DNA from: Candidatus Cryptoclostridium obscurum | GTDB lineage: Bacteria; Bacillota; Dehalobacteriia; UBA7702 | DNA: 64,000 nucleotides | Assembly (NCBI GenBank): GCA_904420535.1 | Contig: CAJFVQ010000027.1 | Location: forward strand, 6,990-70,989 | Reading direction: 5' to 3' | Shown: positions 1-9,539 of the stretch, one piece after another | How the letters are laid out: each line of letters starts with the position of its first letter | Position numbering within the stretch: the first letter of the stretch is position 1 | The notes under the pieces: generated by a model | What the model saw: the letters and a program-made list of their open reading frames with translations, nothing else | Database searches by the model: none | What the model was told of the DNA's origin: nothing | Position numbers and translations under genes: made by a program

Positions 1-1059
1 GAGCTTCTTCGCGCACAGGGAGCAGAGGTGGTTTATCTTACCGACCTCGTTGCGGAATCTATCTTAGATGCCGATATCAAAGAACAGTTCATCTCCGACT
101 TTATTCGAGAGACCGAAGTGCGTTCCAGTTGGGAATTGGATTTTTTGACAGACTATTTTAAATCAAAACCTACCAAAGAAATGGTAGATGAGATGTGTGC
201 CGGGGTGCGTAAATCTGCCGTCAAAGAACACGAGTCCAGTAGTTTAAGCAGCTTGCTTAAAATTCTCGATGATGATTATCCTTTCTTGATTGATCCCATG
301 CCTAATCTTTATTTTACAAGGGATCCTTTCGCTTCTGTGGGAAACGGCGTTACCATTCATAAAATGCGCACAAAAACGAGAACGAGGGAGTCTCTGTTTG
401 CGAAATACATCTTTACTTACCATCCCATGTACAAAGATACCAGAATTTGGTACGACCGTACAGAAGATTCTTCCCTCGAAGGCGGCGATATTCTTATTTT
501 AAATGAAAAAACCATTGCCATCGGGATCTCGCAACGCACTCACGAAAACGCCATTGAGAAATTCGCCAATGAAATTTTAGGTGAAAAAACAACTTTTGAG
601 AAAGTACTGGCTTTCAACATTCCCAAAGAGCGAAGTTTCATGCACCTCGATACGGTATTTACCATGGTGGATCACAACAAATTTACCATCCATCCCAATA
701 TCGTAGATCAGATTATGGTATTTGTCATTCACCGTGACAGCAGTGGAAAAATCCGTATTCAACAGGAACAAAGCGATTTGGAAGATATTTTGAAAAAATA
801 TTTGGAGCTTGATGAAATCACATTGCTCCGATGTGGCAGTGACAGTAAAGTTGACTCCTCTCGAGAACAATGGAGCGACGGCTCCAATACTCTGGCCATT
901 GCCCCCGGCGAAGTAGTGGTTTATGCGCGCAATTATCTTACCAATGAGATTTTAGAGGAAAATGGAATTAAAACCCATGTCATTAAGTGTTCCGAATTGT
1001 CCCGTGGACGAGGCGGTCCCAGATGCATGAGCATGCCCTTGATTCGAGAACCAATGTAA
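1..1059 (+). CDS. arcA: Arginine deiminase (5' end outside window)
   Basis: Motifs PNLYFTRD, EGGD, MHLDT, NTLAIAPG, SELSRGRGGPRCMS; frame open from base 1. Confidence 0.96.
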   Translation, partial: ELLRAQGAEVVYLTDLVAESILDADIKEQFISDFIRETEVRSSWELDFLTDYFKSKPTKEMVDEMCAGVRKSAVKEHESSSLSSLLKILDDDYPFLIDPMPNLYFTRDPFASVGNGVTIHKMRTKTRTRESLFAKYIFTYHPMYKDTRIWYDRTEDSSLEGGDILILNEKTIAIGISQRTHENAIEKFANEILGEKTTFEKVLAFNIPKERSFMHLDTVFTMVDHNKFTIHPNIVDQIMVFVIHRDSSGKIRIQQEQSDLEDILKKYLELDEITLLRCGSDSKVDSSREQWSDGSNTLAIAPGEVVVYARNYLTNEILEENGIKTHVIKCSELSRGRGGPRCMSMPLIREPM

Positions 1060-1069
1060 GGAGGAAATT

Positions 1070-2056
1070 ATGGCAATCAATTTAAAAGGAAAAAGTTTTC
1101 TTACCCTAAAAGATTTTACCGCACAGGAAATTCGTTATCTTTTGGATTTATCCCACGATTTAAAGGCAAAAAGACGCGCCGGTATTTGCGAACCGATGCT
1201 AAAAGGAAAAAATATCGCGTTGCTTTTTGAAAAAACATCCACCAGAACTCGATGCGCATTTGAAGTCGCTGCTCATCAAGAAGGCGCCCACGTAACTTTT
1301 TTAGATTCCAACAGTTCACAAATGGGAAAAAAGGAATCTTTGGAGGATACTGCCAAAGTTTTAGGACGTTTTTTTGATGGTATTGAATACCGAGGCTATG
1401 ACCAATCCACCGTAGAAGCCTTGGCCAAATATTCCGGTGTGCCAGTATTTAATGGTCTGACGGATGCAGATCATCCCACTCAAATATTAGCCGATATGAT
1501 GACCATGGAAGAACATATTCATAAACCTCTCAACAAAATGAAAGTGGTTTTTGTCGGCGATATTCGCAATAATATGTCTTATGCCTGGATGTACGGTTGC
1601 GCTAAAATGGGCATGAAATTTGCAGCTTACGGCCCTGCGGCATTGGAAGTTGATGAAAAAATCTGGCAGGAAGTGGCAATCATGGCTCAAAAAAGCGGTA
1701 CCCAGCTTGTAATATCCGATGAAGAGCGCTGCTTAAAAGATGCTGATGTGATTTATGGGGATATTTGGGCTTCGATGGGAGAAGAAAACCTTATGGAAGA
1801 ACGTGTGAAACTCCTATCCCCCTTCCGCATTACCATGGAGATGCTGAAAAAAACAGGCAATCCCAATGTACTATTTTTACATTGTCTTCCCTCATTCCAC
1901 GATTTTGAAACGAAACTCGCAAAAGAATGGAAAGAAAAAGGATTAGATATTCGTGAAGTCACCGACGAAGTATTCCGCAGCCGCCATTCTGTGGTGTTTG
2001 ACGAAGCGGAAAATCGCATGCACACCATCAAAGCAGTGATGACCGCGACCATGTGA
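1070..2056 (+). CDS. arcB: Ornithine carbamoyltransferase (catabolic context)
   Basis: KTSTRTR, HPTQ, HCLP, AENRMH motifs; AGGAGG RBS; follows arcA. Confidence 0.93.
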   Translation: MAINLKGKSFLTLKDFTAQEIRYLLDLSHDLKAKRRAGICEPMLKGKNIALLFEKTSTRTRCAFEVAAHQEGAHVTFLDSNSSQMGKKESLEDTAKVLGRFFDGIEYRGYDQSTVEALAKYSGVPVFNGLTDADHPTQILADMMTMEEHIHKPLNKMKVVFVGDIRNNMSYAWMYGCAKMGMKFAAYGPAALEVDEKIWQEVAIMAQKSGTQLVISDEERCLKDADVIYGDIWASMGEENLMEERVKLLSPFRITMEMLKKTGNPNVLFLHCLPSFHDFETKLAKEWKEKGLDIREVTDEVFRSRHSVVFDEAENRMHTIKAVMTATM

Positions 2057-2068
2057 TGGGGTGATGAA

Positions 2069-3484
2069 TTGTCGAAATTCAAAGTACCAACAGCTTATAC
2101 GATCTTACTCATCATCGTCATTATTACCGCGGCCCTTACCTGGTTAATTCCTGCAGGGCAGTATGATCACCTTGCAGACGGTGAGCCGATTCCGGGAACA
2201 TATCATTTAACAGAAGCCAATGAACAGGGCATTGGAGATGTTTTACTGGCTTCTTTCGAAGGATTTTACGATGCTGTCGATATCGCGCTATTTATTTTAA
2301 TTGTCGGTGGTTTTCTCGGCGTCGTTATGAAAACCGGTGCAATTCACGCGGGAATCAGCAATGTCATCCGGAAACTCAACGGCAGAGAAAAACGACTGAT
2401 TCCCATATTGATGATTTTGTTTGGACTTGGCGGCACTACTTTTGGCATGTGGGAAGAAACCATTGCCTTCTTCCCATTGTTGATCCCCATTTTTATCGCA
2501 GCAGGTTATGATTCCCTGGTGGCTGTTGCCGTCATTTTATTGGGGGCAGGGATGGGCACTTTGGCCTCTACGGTGAACCCTTTTGCTACCGGAATTGCAT
2601 CGGGCTTCGCCAATATTTCCATGGGCGACGGTATTTTGGTCCGCTTGGCAATGCTTGTTATTTTAGAGGCCATCGCCATTTGGTTTGTCATGGCCTATGC
2701 CGCGCGCATTAAAAAGGACCCCAGTCGTTCCTATGTCGCGGATACCATGGGAAAGCACCAAAAACTTCTTTTAGAATTAAATGACGATCAAAAAAGTGGA
2801 GAAGAGGTCATTTTAACACGAAGTCAAAAATGGACGTTAACGCTGTTTGCTTTGACCTTTTTGATGATGATCTATGCAGTGATTCCCTTTGAAGAAATCG
2901 GCGTTCCTTTTTTACCGACTTTGGGATGGTGGTTCCCTGAACTTTCTGCTTTATTCTTCACAGCAGCAATTATCATTGGTTTATGCGCGCGTCTCAAAGA
3001 AGAGGAACTGACAGACAGCTTCGTTAATGGCGCCGCCGACTTGTTGGGCGTAGCCTTTATCATTGCGATTTCTCGTGGCATCACCGTGATCATGAATCAA
3101 GGTCTTATCACTGATACCATTCTCCATTGGGGAGAGAGTTTTCTCACTGGAGTTGGTTCCATCACATTTAGTTTTTTCATTTACTTGATTTATCTGGTGC
3201 TTTCTGTTTTCATTCCTTCCACTTCCGGATTGGCTACCTTATCTATTCCGATTATGGCGCCTTTGGGAGATTTTGCCGGCGTGGGCAGAGATATCGTAAT
3301 CACAGCCTTCCAATCGGCATCGGGATTGATTAATCTCATTACCCCCACCAGTGCAGTAATTATGGGAGCGTTAACATTGGGGCGGATTCCATACAATCAA
3401 TGGTTTAAGTTTTCCTGGAAATTTTTAATCTACGTCTTTCTCATTTCCATAGGAATCATCATGCTTTTTACCATAATATTTTAA
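2069..3484 (+). CDS. YfcC/ArcD-type arginine-ornithine antiporter
   Basis: Polytopic membrane protein with PTAYTIL, IPAGQY, TVNPFATGIAS, PSTSGLA; in arc cluster. Confidence 0.85.
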   Translation: MSKFKVPTAYTILLIIVIITAALTWLIPAGQYDHLADGEPIPGTYHLTEANEQGIGDVLLASFEGFYDAVDIALFILIVGGFLGVVMKTGAIHAGISNVIRKLNGREKRLIPILMILFGLGGTTFGMWEETIAFFPLLIPIFIAAGYDSLVAVAVILLGAGMGTLASTVNPFATGIASGFANISMGDGILVRLAMLVILEAIAIWFVMAYAARIKKDPSRSYVADTMGKHQKLLLELNDDQKSGEEVILTRSQKWTLTLFALTFLMMIYAVIPFEEIGVPFLPTLGWWFPELSALFFTAAIIIGLCARLKEEELTDSFVNGAADLLGVAFIIAISRGITVIMNQGLITDTILHWGESFLTGVGSITFSFFIYLIYLVLSVFIPSTSGLATLSIPIMAPLGDFAGVGRDIVITAFQSASGLINLITPTSAVIMGALTLGRIPYNQWFKFSWKFLIYVFLISIGIIMLFTIIF

Positions 3485-3566
3485 CAAAATTTGGAATATT
3501 TTCCTTTAAGAAACATATATTAATTGTGAAGGAAAAGTTCCCATGAATTTACCCTTTACTGAGAAA

Positions 3567-3606
3567 AGGACCTTGCGGCAAGCCAACCGCAAGGTCCTAC
3601 TTTTTA
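3567..3606. terminator. Intrinsic terminator between convergent genes
   Basis: AGGACCTTGCGG / CCGCAAGGTCCT stem with A/T tracts. Confidence 0.8.
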
Positions 3607-3608
3607 TA

Positions 3609-4199
3609 TTATAACATGATATCCATGAGATCTTCCAGTTCTTCCAATGGAGGCTCTCCAAAAGCATAAAAGCGAAGTCCACATTGGACTGCCGCTTCTC
3701 GCGAAGGCGGCGCCCCCACATAACACCACTGCTCTTTGGAGATCTCCGGATATTTCTCCATAGCAAGCTCCAGACCAACGGTTCTGGAAGGATGGCCGAC
3801 CCATTTTTCTCCCGGCACAATAAAATCGAAAAATTGTCGAATCCCGGCGTTTCCCAGAGCCTTCACAATGCCGTCTCCTCTGCTGCGACTTAGAACCACC
3901 AAACGATAGCGGAGAGAGAGCATTGACAAAACCCCTGTAGCAGAAGAATCACATTTTGCCTCCAGCATGACTTTACGTTCAAACTTACCGATCTCCTGTT
4001 CAAGGATCTCACCATCATGCTCGTGCCAACAAGATAGCGAGGCCGCAAATTCCAAAGGCGTTTTTCCTTTTAAATCGTCAGGATGAAAAAGATATTTCCG
4101 TTCTCGCAAAAAATCATATACCAGACGATTTTTTGCGTTCTCATCAATGTCAATGGTGAGAAGAACATTTTCTAAATCAAAAATGATCCCTTGTTCCAT
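3609..4199 (-). CDS. HAD-like hydrolase with degenerate motifs
   Basis: IIFDLENVL (motif I-like), GIRQFFDFIV, YVGA (motif IV-like). Confidence 0.7.
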   Translation of the reverse strand: MEQGIIFDLENVLLTIDIDENAKNRLVYDFLRERKYLFHPDDLKGKTPLEFAASLSCWHEHDGEILEQEIGKFERKVMLEAKCDSSATGVLSMLSLRYRLVVLSRSRGDGIVKALGNAGIRQFFDFIVPGEKWVGHPSRTVGLELAMEKYPEISKEQWCYVGAPPSREAAVQCGLRFYAFGEPPLEELEDLMDIML

Positions 4200-4237
4200 C
4201 CGCACTCATTCCCCTCTTTTCATGACAAGAAACAGTA

Positions 4238-4684
4238 TTACTGGAGGCGTTTCATGACCAATCCGTTGACAACACTGCCTTCAGCCTTGCCTTTCACTTG
4301 CGGCATCAACTTTTTCATAATTGCGCCTTTGTCCAAGGGTTTGGGTGCATCCAGCCCCAATTCTGCCAGAACCTGATCAATAACAGCATTGATCTCGTCT
4401 TCACTCATAAAGGAAGGCGCGAATTCCCGCAACACTGTCAAACGGTCTTGACTTTGTTTAATGATATCCTCGCGATCGGCAGGAGCACTTTCCAGCGTTT
4501 CCGTGGTTTGTTTGATCTCTTTCATAATAATGGCATTTTCTTCTTCTTCCGTTAAAGGGGCCTGTTTATCCTTGGCCTTAGCCTTTAACGCAGAAAGGAG
4601 CAATGTAAGGCTTTCCTTTCGTTCTTTATCCTTGTGTTTCATAGCGGCAATCATTTCTTTCTGCACAGCTTCTGTTTTAGTCAT
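4238..4684 (-). CDS. GatB/YqeY domain protein
   Basis: MIAAMK..DK, MSEDEI, GAIMKKLMPQVKGKAEG pattern. Confidence 0.88.
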   Translation of the reverse strand: MTKTEAVQKEMIAAMKHKDKERKESLTLLLSALKAKAKDKQAPLTEEEENAIIMKEIKQTTETLESAPADREDIIKQSQDRLTVLREFAPSFMSEDEINAVIDQVLAELGLDAPKPLDKGAIMKKLMPQVKGKAEGSVVNGLVMKRLQ

Positions 4685-5477
4685 GCGATAACCTCCAGAT
4701 CAAAAATTCTTGATATATTCCACGTAACCTCTCATCTAAACGGTCAAGGGCTTCTTTTTTTATAGCATCAGGGATTCCGTAATAAGCTTCGGCAATGCTC
4801 CCGGCAATGGCAGTAAGAGTGTCGCAATCTCCGCCCAACGAAACAGCTTTGCGGATGCAGTCTTCAAATCCATAGCTCTCCCAAAAAGCCGTCATCGCCT
4901 GAGGCACTGTCTCCTGACAACTCGCATTGTATTGATAGTCAAGACGAATTTCATCCAAAGTTTGTTGAAAGTGATAATGAAAAGTATCTTCAATATATGA
5001 TCTTACTTCATTTTTATCTTTTCCCGTCCGCAAAAGATAGATGGCGGCTGCTACCGAAGCGGCCCCTTTGATTCCTTCGGGATGATTGTGAGTGACTTTT
5101 GCCGTTAATTCCGCCACAAACAATGTTTTTTCTAACGATGGATAAAGCCATCCTACGGAAGATACCCGCATAGCGGAACCGTTGCCCCAACTGTTGTAAG
5201 GTTGCGGAGCCTTGGAATGAAGCCATTCTTGAAAGCCCTGTCCGTATCCGGCATGGGGATAAAGAGCGCCAAATTCCTGCATCCGCCGAATAAGTGAATG
5301 CTTCACTTCGCCCTCATCTGCGCCTCGACTTTCCATCAAAGCTTTGGCTACGGCTGCCGTCATCACCGTGTCATCGGTAAAAAAACAGCCTTTGCCCCAA
5401 AAAGGGAAATCCGTGGTTTTGATCGGATCAAATTCGTAGATACTGCCAACCATATCGCCGATCATGGCGCCGAGCAT
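4677..5477 (-). CDS. ADP-ribosylglycohydrolase family protein
   Basis: MLGAMIGD, FTDDTVMT, GNGSAMRVS, THNHPEG, GGDCDT; start reassigned to ATG 5477. Confidence 0.9.
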   Translation of the reverse strand: MLGAMIGDMVGSIYEFDPIKTTDFPFWGKGCFFTDDTVMTAAVAKALMESRGADEGEVKHSLIRRMQEFGALYPHAGYGQGFQEWLHSKAPQPYNSWGNGSAMRVSSVGWLYPSLEKTLFVAELTAKVTHNHPEGIKGAASVAAAIYLLRTGKDKNEVRSYIEDTFHYHFQQTLDEIRLDYQYNASCQETVPQAMTAFWESYGFEDCIRKAVSLGGDCDTLTAIAGSIAEAYYGIPDAIKKEALDRLDERLRGIYQEFLIWRLSHD

Positions 5478-5641
5478 ACTTATCCCCACCTTCCATGCTA
5501 TTATATTATAACATAAAGAGAAGGGTTTTACAAAATATAAAAAGCCGCGAAGCATCTCCGCGGTGTTATCTTTCAATCTTGATTGTCATTATTGCATTCA
5601 CCAACTAAATCATCGACGCCACCGAAAAAAGGGCAGAAAAA

Positions 5642-5718
5642 TGGTCGGAGTGAAAGGATTTGAACCTTCGGCCTCTGCGTCCCGAACGCAGCGCTCTACC
5701 AAGCTGAGCCACACTCCG
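5642..5718 (-). tRNA. tRNA-Pro (anticodon CGG)
   Basis: Reverse complement CGGAGTGTGGCTCAGCTTGGTAGAGCG-CTGCG-TTCGGGA-CGCAG...GGTTCAAATCC...CTCCGACCA; cloverleaf with encoded CCA. Confidence 0.97.
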
Positions 5719-5779
5719 ACTGAAACAATAAAACGTTAAAAAGCAAAAGATGGTGTGAAAATGAAAAAACTGCATTTAT

Positions 5780-5808
5780 ATTATATCCAAATCTTGCATC
5801 ATTGTCAA
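5780..5808 (-). promoter_or_regulatory. SigA promoter for tRNA-Pro
   Basis: TTGACA-17 nt-TATAAT on minus strand. Confidence 0.8.
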
Positions 5809-5815
5809 TAATTAT

Positions 5816-6280
5816 TTATGTAAGATCTGGAAATCCCTGTTGACGCAAGGCCTCATAGGCGGCGATGGCCACAGAATTGGATAAATTCAACGAGCGAATC
5901 TCTCGTCCCATGGGGATACGAACCGGCGTGCCAATGCCGCTTTGCTGTATTTCCACAGGAATGCCACGGGTCTCGGGCCCAAACATCAAAAAATCATCGG
6001 GACCGTATTGACATTCTGCATAATTTTTCTTTGCCTTGGTAGAGAACATGAAGATTTTTGCCCCAGGATTTGCCTTGAGAAAATCATCCAAATTCTCATG
6101 AATATGGAGATCTAATTTATCCCAGTAATCAAGGCCGGCTCGTTTCAAATAGCGATCCGCCAGAGAAAACCCCAAGGGTTTAATCAAGTGTAACGTCATA
6201 CCGGTCACAGCGCAGGTACGGGAAATATTGCCGGTATTGGAGGGAATTTCAGGTTCATATAAAACAATATGCATCATCAA
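5816..6280 (-). CDS. trmL: tRNA (cytidine/uridine-34-2'-O)-methyltransferase
   Basis: PEIPSNTGNISRTC, RAGLDYW, FGPETRG, RSLNLSN. Confidence 0.94.
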   Translation of the reverse strand: MMMHIVLYEPEIPSNTGNISRTCAVTGMTLHLIKPLGFSLADRYLKRAGLDYWDKLDLHIHENLDDFLKANPGAKIFMFSTKAKKNYAECQYGPDDFLMFGPETRGIPVEIQQSGIGTPVRIPMGREIRSLNLSNSVAIAAYEALRQQGFPDLT

Positions 6281-6300
6281 GCCTTCTTTATCATTGAAAT

Positions 6301-6747
6301 TTAATCCGGCGGCAAATCAATATTCCGCCAGTGGTGAAGATCATACTCATAACGGAAATTTTCATAATCACCGGGTTCTACTTCCGTTGATTTCTCATAG
6401 TCCCCTTCTGGATAATATTTACAGTAACCGCGATATACACCGTGTGAACGATCCTCCTCATTACCATAAATAGTAACAGTTAAAGCCGTAACATCATGTT
6501 CAGCAATATAATCATTCACGACTTCTTCCAACATATCATGGACATCAAGCTGATGATTCGGCGTCCATGTTTCCTCAGTAACCTCTTCCTCCACAATCAA
6601 GTCAATCACATGGCGTTCCTGATCGTCGGAGGAAATCTCCAATACGCGGTATTCTACCCCGCTTTCCGAAGTTTTCACATTATCTCCACAACCGCCAAAA
6701 CACAAAATGAGAGAAAAAACCGCAAAAATCAAACATAATCTTTTCAT
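6301..6747 (-). CDS. Hypothetical acidic lipoprotein
   Basis: Signal peptide with FGGC lipobox; GGGGG RBS. Confidence 0.7.
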   Translation of the reverse strand: MKRLCLIFAVFSLILCFGGCGDNVKTSESGVEYRVLEISSDDQERHVIDLIVEEEVTEETWTPNHQLDVHDMLEEVVNDYIAEHDVTALTVTIYGNEEDRSHGVYRGYCKYYPEGDYEKSTEVEPGDYENFRYEYDLHHWRNIDLPPD

Positions 6748-6774
6748 GTGTAATCCCCCTTTCTCATATCAAAT

Positions 6775-7521
6775 TTATGGTACGGTCTTTTGGGCTGCCA
6801 CCAGCACACGACGAGTATGCTCCGTCGGAGGATCCTGGGTAAACATGGCATAGACGGCATAAATTTTCATTCCGTGACGGCAAAAAGCTGATTCTACTTC
6901 CTTTAAATCATGTTTTTTCTCTTCATGGATTTCTTCAAATTTACGGTACAGATCACCTTCCGGGAGGAATCCCGTCACTTTAATATGCCAAATGCGGCGA
7001 TCTTCATCGTAATGATTTTCATAAACCAAATAAATTTCATCTAGATCCACTACTGTAGTTTCTGAAGCAGAATACTGATCGACTAAATTGATGTCAAAGA
7101 GAAAAATACCGCCCTTTTTCAAAATGCGGCTGACATTTTCCGCCAGTTTTTCAAAATCCCCTTCACCGGTCAAGTAGTTGATGCCATCCTGAAAGGAGAC
7201 TACCATATCAAAGGATTCCGAAAAATCCATGGAAAGCATATTTTGGCAATGATATGAGATGGAGACGCCAGCTTCTTTACTTTTTTCTTCGGCGATTTGC
7301 AGCATGGGGGACGAGAGATCCAGCCCCGACATTTTCAAACCGCGACGTGCCAAAGGAATGGTAGTGCTCCCGGTGCCACAGGCCAAATCCAATGCAGTTT
7401 TGGGCGTTGCTCCCATGGATTTTGCGACATCTAAAATATAATCGGCCCAACCTTCATAATCTACGCCCAGCATCATCATATCGTAGATTTTAGAGATCCC
7501 TTCGTAATTTTCATTTTCCAT
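6775..7521 (-). CDS. Class I SAM-dependent methyltransferase
   Basis: LDLACGTG, GLDLSSPML, DGINYL; start reassigned to MENENY. Confidence 0.88.
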   Translation of the reverse strand: MENENYEGISKIYDMMMLGVDYEGWADYILDVAKSMGATPKTALDLACGTGSTTIPLARRGLKMSGLDLSSPMLQIAEEKSKEAGVSISYHCQNMLSMDFSESFDMVVSFQDGINYLTGEGDFEKLAENVSRILKKGGIFLFDINLVDQYSASETTVVDLDEIYLVYENHYDEDRRIWHIKVTGFLPEGDLYRKFEEIHEEKKHDLKEVESAFCRHGMKIYAVYAMFTQDPPTEHTRRVLVAAQKTVP

Positions 7522-8779
7522 GATGATCCTCCCGATATTCCGGCAATGTAGTGCCGCCAACTGTCATGGCATAGACTCCGGCATGATCGCCTTTTTCCGC
7601 CAGAGCAGTGGAAAAGGCCTCCTCCAGATTAGAAAATGGACGCATATAAAGGCGTTTGACCATTGCTTCCGGAAGAGAGGAGACCAGATAAACGCTGCAT
7701 TTTTTCGTTACCTTGGCGATGGCTGCGGCTTTATGCCCCCCCAAACGGAACTCTCTTCCAATGCGTTGGATCAGATCGTCGGGACAATGGGCTTCCTCCA
7801 ACCATTGCTGAAAAGTAGTTTCACCATACCCCTCTTTACATTCCCCAACCAAAATGATAATACCGCCTTCTTTTACGGCCCATTGAGCATTATCCAAAGC
7901 TTTTTGTGTTTGGTAAACATTGAGGTCTTTGGGAAGGCCACCGGGGGAAGCGATCACAATATCGGCCAATGTTTCGATAGGTTGTTTATAGATCTCATCT
8001 AAAATGCGGCATCCTTCCCGATGGGCATCAATGGGATGACCGGCCACTGCGGCAACGATCTCTTTTTTTTCATTCAGTACCACATTAAGGATGAAATCAA
8101 TGGAGAGATGTTCTAAGATCTCCTCCATATCAGCACGAACCGGATTCCCTTCAATACAGCCGACTTTCGCTCCCTCTTCCAGCATCATAGCATGATTTGC
8201 CTCGATGGTGCGGCGAGTACACACCCCGGGAACCACGGCTTTGGCGCCACCGCTATATCCTGCAAAATAGTGATAATCAATATTTCCGATACAAATCCGA
8301 AGATCTGCCCGGAGGACGGGACCGTACACCTCAAAGGGCGTACCGCGGCGGCTTACCGCCACCTCTGTAAAATCATCGCCGGCAGAATCTTCTACAGTAA
8401 CGCGACGAAAGACTTCTTCGCCAACGAGACGCTGCCATTCCTCTTCGGTCTGGCGGCGATGACTTCCCAAACCGGAAACAATACGAATATCATCGTCATT
8501 CACCCCCGCACGATTCAACTCGTCCAGGATATACGGGAGAATTTTGTAACTGGGACACGGCCGTGTGATATCACTGATGATGATCACGACTTTTTGCCCG
8601 GCTTGGGCAATGTTTCCCAGGGTATCGGTGCCGATGGGTTGGGAAAGCGCTTCCCGGATCACGTCTTCTCCCACCACATTATGGGTCACGGATCTTGGAC
8701 GCAAAGAGGCGATCAGATTCTTTTCTGGGATATCTACTGTCATTTTCCCTTTTCCATAACCGAATTCAATTCTTGTCAT
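7511..8779 (-). CDS. larA: LarA-family nickel-pincer racemase/epimerase
   Basis: SDITRP, GLGSHR, HYFAGYSGGAK, PGGLPKDLNVYQ, GGHKAA. Confidence 0.85.
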   Translation of the reverse strand: MTRIEFGYGKGKMTVDIPEKNLIASLRPRSVTHNVVGEDVIREALSQPIGTDTLGNIAQAGQKVVIIISDITRPCPSYKILPYILDELNRAGVNDDDIRIVSGLGSHRRQTEEEWQRLVGEEVFRRVTVEDSAGDDFTEVAVSRRGTPFEVYGPVLRADLRICIGNIDYHYFAGYSGGAKAVVPGVCTRRTIEANHAMMLEEGAKVGCIEGNPVRADMEEILEHLSIDFILNVVLNEKKEIVAAVAGHPIDAHREGCRILDEIYKQPIETLADIVIASPGGLPKDLNVYQTQKALDNAQWAVKEGGIIILVGECKEGYGETTFQQWLEEAHCPDDLIQRIGREFRLGGHKAAAIAKVTKKCSVYLVSSLPEAMVKRLYMRPFSNLEEAFSTALAEKGDHAGVYAMTVGGTTLPEYREDHHGK

Positions 8780-9482
8780 ATTCTTCCTCCAGCCGTGGGA
8801 GCACTATGGGAACCGACTGATCCAAAACGATGTGCTCCGGTGTTACTTTCGTATCGTAAGCCAAAACCTTAACGCCGTGAGATGCAGCAGCGGAAAGAGC
8901 CTCACTGAACTTCCGATCTCGTTCGGTAAAAGGAGTAAAGGCTTTGACGCCTTTCATTTGTATCACAAATAGAACATATGCACCGAAACCTTCGGAAGCG
9001 GCTTGTTGCAATTCTGCGAGATGACGTGCTCCCCGTTCTGTGGGAGCATCGGGAAATTTCGCCACGCCGTCGATTTCCAAAGTGACGCCTTTGACTTCCA
9101 TATAGCAAAGTTTTCCGTCCTGTTGAAACCGGAAATCAAAGCGGGAAGAACCATATGGTTTTTCTCGTACAATTTCAGCAGCGCCAATCAGCTCTTTCAC
9201 TCTGCCTTTCATCAACGCTTCTTCTGCCAAACGATTTGCTCCGGCGGAATCAATATGAATCAGCATATCGCCTTTGTACGCTTCGTAGAGAGTATAAGGA
9301 TACTTTCTTCCCGATTTCTCGGAACGGCTTAAGTACACTCTTGTACCGGGAACAAAGATTTCACGGCAACGTCCCGTATTAGGAACATGAACCTTTTCTT
9401 CTTTACCATCGATCTCCACGCGGGCAACAAAACGGTTGATACGCTCCAGGAAAACAGCTTCGATACGATTTTGGTATTCCAT
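8766..9482 (-). CDS. sfsA: DNA/RNA nuclease SfsA
   Basis: RINRF, HVPNTGR, SRFDF, EVKGVTL, FPDAPTERG. Confidence 0.93.
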   Translation of the reverse strand: MEYQNRIEAVFLERINRFVARVEIDGKEEKVHVPNTGRCREIFVPGTRVYLSRSEKSGRKYPYTLYEAYKGDMLIHIDSAGANRLAEEALMKGRVKELIGAAEIVREKPYGSSRFDFRFQQDGKLCYMEVKGVTLEIDGVAKFPDAPTERGARHLAELQQAASEGFGAYVLFVIQMKGVKAFTPFTERDRKFSEALSAAASHGVKVLAYDTKVTPEHIVLDQSVPIVLPRLEEEYDKN

Positions 9483-9539
9483 CTTATAATTTCATTCTTT
9501 CCTGTTTATACTAACCTCACGAAGAAATGAGGTGATGTT

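Noticed and set aside
5642-5718. tRNA-Pro as an island integration site
   Set aside because: No duplicate of its 3' end was noticed in the window and no integrase is adjacent
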